This document shows, piece by piece, positions 8,266 through 14,975 of a stretch of 50,638 nt of DNA. The position numbers were made by a program, and so were the translations under genes. The notes under the pieces are model-generated. The model worked only from the letters and a program-made list of their open reading frames with translations, was not told the DNA's origin and searched no databases. Positions within the stretch are counted from its first letter, which is position 1; each line of letters starts with the position of its first letter. Source of the stretch: an uncultured Gammaproteobacteria bacterium (GTDB lineage: Bacteria; Patescibacteriota; Patescibacteriia; Magasanikbacterales; JBBTQS01); the NCBI GenBank assembly GCA_964627525.1, contig CAZVIA010000007.1, positions 1 through 50,638 of the forward strand, written 5' to 3'.

Positions 8266-8270
8266 TTTTT
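8239..8270 (+). terminator. Intrinsic terminator closing the candidate ncRNA
   Basis: AGGTG-A-GCA-ATAAC-TGC-CACCT followed by TATTTTTTTT. Confidence 0.55.
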
Positions 8271-9006
8271 GTTTATTTTTTAAAGCTTCAGTTGCTAGTT
8301 CAAATAAAATTTTCATTGTGTTTGCAAGTTCTTTGTTTTCAATAACTAGTGAGTACATCTTGCCTTCAAAAGTATACATTTCAATTTTATCGCCGTATAT
8401 TCCAATGTCTGTTTTAAAGTTAGAATATTCTTTGGGTAGTTGTAGTCGGTCTGAATCAACTATTTTTTGTGAAGGTGTACCAGAAAATAAACTCTTAATT
8501 TTTTTACCTCCGCGTTTCATTCCCATTCTTAATGGCTTGAGATCTTCTTCAGTTAATACTGTATACATAGCATCTGCATCAGTAATTTCATAAGAATTTT
8601 TATAGTCAGTTTTTGATCTATATTCAATAGCAGCTTTTAACCCAGCCTTACCTTCAAACAATTTTACAATTGGTCGGTCACCACCTATTTGCAAAGCTAA
8701 TTCAGGTGCAAGTTTTTCAAGATCATTAATACGTGATTCTAATTCGTGTGAATAGCGTTTTGCATAAGCTAATAATTTATCAGGATGTTCTGATGCAAAA
8801 AACTTCTTTTTTCCACTTAAACTTGTGGATATTAGTCCACGATCAATCAAAGCATCTAAAGCAGTATAAACAGCTTGTCTTGATAATCTGGTTTTTTTAG
8901 AAAAATCTAAAACAGTTCCAGCGCCATGCTTAAGACCTGTCATGTAAATTTTTATTTCACTTTCTAGCAAGCCAAGTGAGCGTAAAATAGTTTTTATGTC
9001 TTTCAT
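8260..9006 (-). CDS. TrmB-family transcriptional regulator (second paralog)
   Basis: LGLLESEIKIYMTGL...TRLSRQAVYTALDALIDRGLI HTH; FEGKAG; IYGDKI...FELA C-terminus. Confidence 0.85.
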   Translation of the reverse strand: MKDIKTILRSLGLLESEIKIYMTGLKHGAGTVLDFSKKTRLSRQAVYTALDALIDRGLISTSLSGKKKFFASEHPDKLLAYAKRYSHELESRINDLEKLAPELALQIGGDRPIVKLFEGKAGLKAAIEYRSKTDYKNSYEITDADAMYTVLTEEDLKPLRMGMKRGGKKIKSLFSGTPSQKIVDSDRLQLPKEYSNFKTDIGIYGDKIEMYTFEGKMYSLVIENKELANTMKILFELATEALKNKQKK

Positions 9007-9055
9007 ATTTTTTAATGTTACTAATAAAAGGATAACATAATTTTAAAAAAAAGAA

Positions 9056-9083
9056 GAGAGGACACGCGTTAGCATATCCTCTC
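9056..9083 (-). terminator. Intrinsic terminator
   Basis: Minus strand GAGAGGATATGC-TAAC-GCGTGTCCTCTC then TTCTTTTTTTT. Confidence 0.75.
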
Positions 9084-9196
9084 GACGTTGAGTTGGTGTT
9101 GAGCCAAGTGTGTGTCGCCGTTTCGCACTTAGGCAACTCCTGAAAGCGCACGCGTACGCATCAGGTCACTCGCATAACACCGCGCCGGCAGTCGAG

Positions 9197-9598
9197 CTAG
9201 ATGAACACCACGATGTTCAACCAACTTGATAGCGACGCTACCGCTTTAGGCCCGTCCGGAGATCTCCCAACGAAGTAGTTGTACTGCGTCGTCGTCGAAG
9301 CAGTACTTCCAGTTCCTCGTGGGCCAACCTCCGCGCCTGCGCAGATCGGCCAGGGATTCTTCTCGGGCGAGACCATGGTGAGTGCGTTTTTGTTCGCACC
9401 CTCCACTGCCTTGACCTCCTCCCTTGTCAGGATGACGTGATCTGGCGAACCTGTGAACAGGTCACCATCGCGATCCGTCAATTCAACTACGGTTTTCTCC
9501 GAAAGTTGGTCCGCACTTGCTGGTGCAGTACCAAATCCCATCAGCAAAAGCATTGCCGTTGCAAGCAACAGCCGCACCTTTGCTCGAACGAAGTACAT
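9197..9598 (-). CDS. Hypothetical secreted protein (GC-rich ORFan)
   Basis: 133 aa; signal-peptide-like RLLLATAMLLLMGFGTAPASA-D; GAGGT SD; upstream TTGCAC-17-TAGCAT promoter. Confidence 0.6.
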   Translation of the reverse strand: MYFVRAKVRLLLATAMLLLMGFGTAPASADQLSEKTVVELTDRDGDLFTGSPDHVILTREEVKAVEGANKNALTMVSPEKNPWPICAGAEVGPRGTGSTASTTTQYNYFVGRSPDGPKAVASLSSWLNIVVFI

Positions 9599-9831
9599 TC
9601 AGAATACCTCGCAAGTTTAGAACACCCATCAGCACCGGTGTGGTTAGATAATCCAACCACTGACATGTACTATGCTATCATATACATAAAAAAAGTGCAA
9701 GGCTTTTGAGTTTGTGCACAGAATAGTCTATAAAATAAGCTGTTTTGTATAATTTAGAAAAAGTTGACCGCCCATCGTGTGATGAGCGGTCAGTTGAGGA
9801 GGAGGGTGGTGGGTTGTGGGTCGACTTACCC

Positions 9832-10029
9832 TTATGTTCGTTGTTTTGCAAACATGAGTCGCAATGATTTTGGCATTGCGCGACAAGTGCTACACATTGC
9901 TGGCGCGTTCCCTCTGCGCGCTATTTTTGTGCAGATCTTTCCACATGCGCATACGGCGACGGACGCACCAATGGAAGAGCCTGGTGGCAACCGTCTGGCT
10001 TGCAGGTTTTTTGGCAAAACCGACCTCAA
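9832..10029 (-). CDS. Possible small Zn-ribbon protein (TTG start, uncertain)
   Basis: 65 aa with CACGKIC...CSTC; followed by hairpin GACCGCTCATC-ACAC-GATGGGCGGTC plus U-tract near 9765-9790; no SD. Confidence 0.35.
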   Translation of the reverse strand: MRSVLPKNLQARRLPPGSSIGASVAVCACGKICTKIARRGNAPAMCSTCRAMPKSLRLMFAKQRT

Positions 10030-10118
10030 TGTCGTTATTAGGGGTGACCCAGTTTAAATATACCATAAAATTAATTTTTTTGATAAAATAAGGTTATAAG
10101 TTTTTAAAAAATAAAAAT

Positions 10119-10313
10119 ATGCACTATATATGTATGGGTGATTGTGACTGTCTTGTAGAAGAACCAGATGTTTGTCAGGCAAAAACCTGCCCAAAATATG
10201 AAGAAGACTTAAAAGAATGTGATTGTAATGATGGTTTGCATGCTCAAGGAGCTGAAGCTATTGATTTTTTGGGTGAAAATGAGGGTGATGATGATTTAAT
10301 TGAAAAAGCTTAA
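10119..10313 (+). CDS. Small Cys-rich (metal-binding) protein with acidic tail
   Basis: 64 aa; 7 Cys plus His in YICxGxC...CQAxxC...ECDCxDGxH pattern. Confidence 0.7.
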   Translation: MHYICMGDCDCLVEEPDVCQAKTCPKYEEDLKECDCNDGLHAQGAEAIDFLGENEGDDDLIEKA

Positions 10314-10353
10314 AAAAGTTTTTATTTAAATTTACAAAAATAATTCACTAAAC

Positions 10354-10382
10354 TTGACTTTTTCGCGATTTTGTGGTATTAT
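10354..10382 (+). promoter_or_regulatory. Promoter of a ~210-nt unit without a long ORF
   Basis: TTGACT-17-TATTAT with TGn extension. Confidence 0.6.
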
Positions 10383-10578
10383 ATACACAGAGAAGAGGAA
10401 AATTCGGTCCAGAAATATTTGGTCCGAGTTTTTATTTCTAAAACACAAAAACAAAAACAAAATAAATTTTTACTATAAAATTTATGAATGAAATAATAAG
10501 AATTGAATACGGATAATGTATTTTTGTCCTTCACTCATTTACTCCCATGTTCTTTAACAACTAAATATTTTTTGCCTA

Positions 10579-10605
10579 CCCCGACTTCCAGTCGGGGATT
10601 TTTTG
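10579..10605 (+). terminator. Intrinsic terminator
   Basis: CCCCGAC-TTCCA-GTCGGGG then ATTTTTT. Confidence 0.75.
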
Positions 10606-10637
10606 TTTGGGTTTTGTGGGGCAAAATAAGGTTTGGG

Positions 10638-10666
10638 TTGACAAAATCACTCAAACTTGCTATAGT
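10638..10666 (+). promoter_or_regulatory. Promoter for the lipoprotein gene
   Basis: TTGACA-17-TATAGT; 24/29 identical to the promoter at 7815-7843. Confidence 0.7.
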
Positions 10667-10727
10667 GTTTTGTATTGCTGTGGAAATACCATAGTTAATA
10701 CCTGGAACAGCAGAAGCAGGGGGAGAG

Positions 10728-11033
10728 ATGAAAAAGTTTCTAGCGCTGTTGATCTTGGTTCTTGTGGCACTGACAAGTTCAGGTTGTCGTGACAATGAGA
10801 AGGTCAAGGCATCTGACTTCGAGATGACGCTGGAACAAGAGTTGATGCTCAAGATCCAGAATGGTCCGTGCATAAAGTGGTGTCGGCAAAAAAGCACTGG
10901 CGCCATTGTGATGGGTAAGCTCGAGCCTTACCATCAGCAAGCGTTGCTGCTAGACGGATCTGAGGTTCAAAAGATGGCAGAGGGCAGTCTTTGTCCTGAG
11001 CCAGATAACAGTCTGGATTATTGCATGGACTAA
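10728..11033 (+). CDS. Putative lipoprotein (ORFan)
   Basis: 101 aa; MKK + hydrophobic core + lipobox-like TSSG-C; SD GGGGGAG. Confidence 0.7.
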   Translation: MKKFLALLILVLVALTSSGCRDNEKVKASDFEMTLEQELMLKIQNGPCIKWCRQKSTGAIVMGKLEPYHQQALLLDGSEVQKMAEGSLCPEPDNSLDYCMD

Positions 11034-11162
11034 CCCTGCTTGGTTTGATTGAACACGAGTCGTGATTAACTTCGCGACTTTTGTGTTTATTAAGGAATGT
11101 TTTGGTTTTAAATTAAACGAGTTTGACATTTTTTTCAATATATATTATTATGCAGAACATAT

Positions 11163-11235
11163 CGCGGGATAGAGCAATTGGCAGCTCGCCAGGCCCATAA
11201 CCTGGAGGTTGGGGGTTCGAGTCCCCCTCCCGCAA
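11163..11235 (+). tRNA. Initiator tRNA-fMet (CAT), CCA not encoded
   Basis: C1:A72 mismatch, acceptor CGCGGGA/TCCCGCA, anticodon arm CCAGG-CCCATAA-CCTGG, T-arm GGGGG-TTCGAGT-CCCCC. Confidence 0.9.
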
Positions 11236-11240
11236 CAATT

Positions 11241-11273
11241 AAAAAACACCACCCGAAAGGGTGGTATTTTTTT
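11241..11273. terminator. Bidirectional terminator between convergent tRNAs
   Basis: AAAAAACACCACCC-GAAA-GGGTGGTATTTTTTT. Confidence 0.8.
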
Positions 11274-11305
11274 GCTCACTTAGAGCAGCGTTGCTCCATA
11301 AATAT

Positions 11306-11381
<76 letters not shown>

Positions 11382-11438
11382 GTTTGCGTGCTTATAATAT
11401 CATAAAATATCAAAGCACGCGATGCTGGTTTGACTAGA

Positions 11439-12299
11439 CTAAAACATTATATCTTTTTTCTCGATCAATGGTTTTTCAATATTATTTTCAGCATCTGCTT
11501 TTGTTTGGTCAAAAATACTTACAACAATTGTTCGTGCATCTTTCCATTCAAAATCATATCTAGTTTTAGGATAACCATAGTATGCATTAAATGTTTGGCC
11601 TTGCTCAAGAATAATTGGGTTTTTAATTTGGTCATTTAGCAAATCATAAATAAACAAATATGTCGCACTACCAGGATTTTCTTCATCATCATTATCAAGT
11701 GTAAAAGCAATGTGTTGTTTGTCTTCAGAAGGTACTGCATGGATACTTAAATTTTTATCTCTTAGTTCTGTAAAATCTTCTACAAATTTTATTGTTCCTT
11801 TATTTGCATCATATCTCCAAAAATCTAAAATAAAAGTTTTCTCATCAGCACCTGCACCTGTCCAAAGTTTTTTGAAAATAATTATATCTTCTGAAGGAAA
11901 TACAGCATAGTCAACCATTCCTTCATAACGACTTTCAATTCCAGCTAAATCTTTCACACTTTCAACCAAAATTTCTTCTTTTCCTTCTTCAATATTTATG
12001 CGTACAATTTTTCTGTCATATTCTCCAACTTTTTCAACCATGTAAATATGATCTGGAATTTTATCTAATTGCGCGCTTTGGTCTTTATTTTCTTCTTTTA
12101 GATTTGAAACTTCATTTTCAAGTTGACTCAACTTGTTGAGCAACATTTGATTTGATTGTGAAAGTTGTTCTTGGTCTTGCTCAACACTTTTCTTTGTATA
12201 AATATTTGCAAAAATTATCACAAACAAAATTACAATTACTAAACCAATTATTTTTACAAAAAGATTTACATCTTCCTCCTGTTTCTTTTTAGACGCCAT
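11439..12299 (-). CDS. Membrane-anchored hypothetical protein (TM helix + coiled coil + beta-rich domain)
   Basis: 286 aa; N-terminal hydrophobic helix, then QLSQSNQMLLNKLSQLENEVSNLKEE coiled coil. Confidence 0.75.
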   Translation of the reverse strand: MASKKKQEEDVNLFVKIIGLVIVILFVIIFANIYTKKSVEQDQEQLSQSNQMLLNKLSQLENEVSNLKEENKDQSAQLDKIPDHIYMVEKVGEYDRKIVRINIEEGKEEILVESVKDLAGIESRYEGMVDYAVFPSEDIIIFKKLWTGAGADEKTFILDFWRYDANKGTIKFVEDFTELRDKNLSIHAVPSEDKQHIAFTLDNDDEENPGSATYLFIYDLLNDQIKNPIILEQGQTFNAYYGYPKTRYDFEWKDARTIVVSIFDQTKADAENNIEKPLIEKKDIMF

Positions 12300-12322
12300 A
12301 GCTTTGTTTATTTATATTATTT

Positions 12323-13000
12323 TTATATAAGGATGATTTGAACACTAGGTCCCATGCTAGTAGTTAAGTAAAGAGATTTTATAAATAGTCCTTTTGTTCC
12401 ACTTGGTTTTGATCTTTTTAAAGATTCAAGAACTGTTTCTACATTTTCAATAAGTTTTTCAGGACCAAAAGAAACTTTACCAACTGCTAAATGCAAATTG
12501 GCTGTATCGTCATTTTTATAAGCGACCTTACCTTTTTTTAATTCAGTAATTGTTTTAGTTACATCAGTTGTAACTGTGTCGTTTTTTGGATTTGGCATAA
12601 GTCCGCGAGTTCCAAGAGTTTTTGCAATTGGAGCAAGTTTGGACATCATGTCTGGTGTTGCCAAAGCAACATCAAAATCTGTTTTTTGAGATTTTTTAAT
12701 ATCTGCGACTAAATCTTCTGCACCAGCAATGTCTGCACCGGCTTTTTTTGCTTCATCAACTTTGTTTTCAGAAACAAAAGCTGCAACACGAACAGTTTTT
12801 CCAGTACCATGAGGTAGGCTAACTGTACCGCGCACAAGTTGATCGCCTTTTTTAGGATCAATTCCCAGACGAAAATGTGCTTCTAAAGATTCATCAAACT
12901 TTGTGTTTGAAAGTTCGCACAAAAGTGTTATTGCTTGGTCAAGCGCATATTGTTTTGTAGCGTCGACCTTCTTCTTAATAGAAGAAATTCTTTTTCCCAT
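12323..13000 (-). CDS. rplA: 50S ribosomal protein L1
   Basis: KFDESLEAHFRLGIDP, RGTVSLPHGTGK, RGLMPNPK, TTSMGP. Confidence 0.98.
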   Translation of the reverse strand: MGKRISSIKKKVDATKQYALDQAITLLCELSNTKFDESLEAHFRLGIDPKKGDQLVRGTVSLPHGTGKTVRVAAFVSENKVDEAKKAGADIAGAEDLVADIKKSQKTDFDVALATPDMMSKLAPIAKTLGTRGLMPNPKNDTVTTDVTKTITELKKGKVAYKNDDTANLHLAVGKVSFGPEKLIENVETVLESLKRSKPSGTKGLFIKSLYLTTSMGPSVQIILI

Positions 13001-13015
13001 AAATAAATTGGTTAC

Positions 13016-13086
13016 GTGGTAAGGCGTCCTGGGTCTGTGATGATGCAGTTAGTGCAGCCGCCACGTATCAGACCCAGAACTCCCAC
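13016..13086 (-). promoter_or_regulatory. Structured rplA leader, probable L1 autoregulatory site
   Basis: Minus strand GTGG-GAG-TTCTGGGTCTG...CAGACCCAGGA-CGCCTT-ACCAC helix-loop-helix just before rplA; own promoter TTGACT-17-TAACAT near 13131-13103. L1 role inferred from position. Confidence 0.55.
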
Positions 13087-13204
13087 ATTTGTTAATGAGG
13101 CTATGTTAGTAGATATGAGCAAAGAAGTCAAGTAATAAAAAACAAATTACATACACAACGAGAATTTTTGAGTGAGCGAAATTGTGGATGTAGACGACGA
13201 AAAA

Positions 13205-13235
13205 CGTTCGCCACCCAATAGGGTGGCGAATTTTT
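13205..13235. terminator. Hairpin terminator after the rplK-hypothetical unit
   Basis: TTCGCCACCC-AATA-GGGTGGCGAA flanked by A/T tracts. Confidence 0.7.
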
Positions 13236-13256
13236 CAACTGTTTGTATTTTATTAT

Positions 13257-13682
13257 TTAAGCTTTTTTACTCTCTTTTCTAACTATTCTCCAATGCAATA
13301 AGAAAAGTGGGATTGCTACAATTAGCAAAGACAGGTCGCGTACAGCACTTCGCTGGCGTTCATAAATAGTGCGATCAATTTTTTGCTCGCCTTCATAATT
13401 GGCAACCGCAACACTCCATTTTTCAAATGCAAGTTTTTCTTCTTCAGTTAAAACACATTTTTCTTCACAATCATCTATTCTTTGAAAAAACTTTTGTTCA
13501 TCTTCAAAAACAGGAGTTGGTGGTTCCATCCTATATTCATAAGCAAAATCTGCTTTTGTAAAAACCCATTGTTTTAAAGCCACATTAATTAAATCTGCAG
13601 CAGAAAATAGAATCACCATCACAGTGATTAGAGAGATAAGATACAAATAAATTGATCTTATCAATTTAGTTTTGTCTGACAT
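13257..13682 (-). CDS. Two-TM membrane protein (DUF5671-like)
   Basis: IRSIYLYLISLITV...LIN and RDLSLLIVAIPLFLLHWR termini. Confidence 0.65.
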   Translation of the reverse strand: MSDKTKLIRSIYLYLISLITVMVILFSAADLINVALKQWVFTKADFAYEYRMEPPTPVFEDEQKFFQRIDDCEEKCVLTEEEKLAFEKWSVAVANYEGEQKIDRTIYERQRSAVRDLSLLIVAIPLFLLHWRIVRKESKKA

Positions 13683-13693
13683 AAAAAAATTGA

Positions 13694-14116
13694 TTATGAA
13701 ATTTCTAAGCCCATTTGTTTGGCAGTACCTTCAACAATTTTCATCGCAGCTTCAACATCATTTGCATTTAAATCCGGCATTTTCATCTCAGCAATTTCAC
13801 GAACTTGTTGTTTGGTAACTTTTCCAATTTTTTCTGTATTTGGTTTTCCAGATCCTTTTTTAATTCCAGCAGCTTTTTTCAAAAGATCAGAAGCTGGAGG
13901 AGTTTTTAAAACAAATGTAAAAGATCGATCTTCGTAAACAGTGATTTCAACAGGAATAATATTTCCCATTTTATCTTTTGTTTTTTCATTAAATTGAGCA
14001 CAAAAATCTTGAATTGCTAAGCCGTGTTGACCTAAAGCAGGACCAACTGGAGGCGCAGGATTAGCTTGTCCAGCTTGGATTTGTAATTTTATTTTTGTTA
14101 ATTCTTTTTTTGCCAT
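13694..14116 (-). CDS. rplK: 50S ribosomal protein L11
   Basis: [36 protein letters not shown]. Confidence 0.98.
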   Translation of the reverse strand: MAKKELTKIKLQIQAGQANPAPPVGPALGQHGLAIQDFCAQFNEKTKDKMGNIIPVEITVYEDRSFTFVLKTPPASDLLKKAAGIKKGSGKPNTEKIGKVTKQQVREIAEMKMPDLNANDVEAAMKIVEGTAKQMGLEIS

Positions 14117-14125
14117 ATTATATTA

Positions 14126-14677
14126 TTAAATCTTTTTAACTTGCAAGAAGTCTAACTCAACAGGTGTTTCTCGTCCAAACATAGATACCAAAGTTTTAAC
14201 TTTTCCACGAGATTCATCAACTGCTGAAATTTTTCCTTCAAGACCTTTGAAAGGACCATCTACAATACGAACTGGAGTACCAACTTGTACATTGATTTGA
14301 TATTTTGGTTCCTCAACATTCATTCGTTTTTGCAAAGTCAACATTTCTTTAATATCAACCGGAGTTGGTGTAGTACCTGAACCAACAAACCCAGTTACAT
14401 TTGGAGTGTTACGAACAACATACCAAGAATCATCAGTCACAACCATTTCAACCAAAACATATCCTGGAAAAATTTTCTCTTCAACAGTTACACGCTTACT
14501 AGCTTTAATTTTAATTTTTTTCTCAGTCGGAACAAGTACATTAAAAATCTTATCTTCCATGCTGTAAGATTCAATACGTTGTTTAAGGTTGCGTGATACA
14601 TTTTCTTCATAACCAGAATATGTGTGAAGCACATACCAACGACGACCAAGTTTTTGAGTTGTTTCTTGTTTACCCAT
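14126..14677 (-). CDS. nusG: Transcription factor NusG
   Basis: WYVLHTYSGYE, FPGYVLVEM, TPNVTGFVG, KOW motif, FGRETPVEL. Confidence 0.98.
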   Translation of the reverse strand: MGKQETTQKLGRRWYVLHTYSGYEENVSRNLKQRIESYSMEDKIFNVLVPTEKKIKIKASKRVTVEEKIFPGYVLVEMVVTDDSWYVVRNTPNVTGFVGSGTTPTPVDIKEMLTLQKRMNVEEPKYQINVQVGTPVRIVDGPFKGLEGKISAVDESRGKVKTLVSMFGRETPVELDFLQVKKI

Positions 14678-14683
14678 ACCTCC

Positions 14684-14866
14684 TTAAATAATAAATTTAA
14701 TTATGTTGTTGAAAATAAAGTCCAACACTGCAAAAAATATTGCTACAGCCAAAGTAATACCAATTACAACTAAAGTGTGGTTAGTAGTTTGTTTTTTTGT
14801 TGGCCAGGTAACTTTCCTAACCTCTTCAATTGCTTCTTTTAAATATTTTGTTAAAGCGTTTGCCAT
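14684..14866 (-). CDS. secE: Preprotein translocase SecE
   Basis: EVRKVTWPT + single TM; immediately upstream of nusG. Confidence 0.95.
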   Translation of the reverse strand: MANALTKYLKEAIEEVRKVTWPTKKQTTNHTLVVIGITLAVAIFFAVLDFIFNNIIKFII

Positions 14867-14975
14867 AAGAAAATTAAGTTTTCAAAAAAGGCCTTTGTGG
14901 CCCTTATGTGATGAGTATAGCATTTGCAGAAAATATGTCAAGACGGTAACATAAAGATATAAATTTATTAAAAAT

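Noticed and set aside
8957-9196. Read-through or frameshift extension of the 9197-9598 gene (including the 64-aa ORF 8957-9151)
   Set aside because: Two in-frame stops intervene, the ORF crosses a strong terminator and overlaps the TrmB start, and the alternative frames contain stops.
10503-10906. ORFs 10503-10694, 10535-10906 and 10607-10792
   Set aside because: They run across a terminator and promoter or lie antisense to the lipoprotein gene; no SD or protein-like features.
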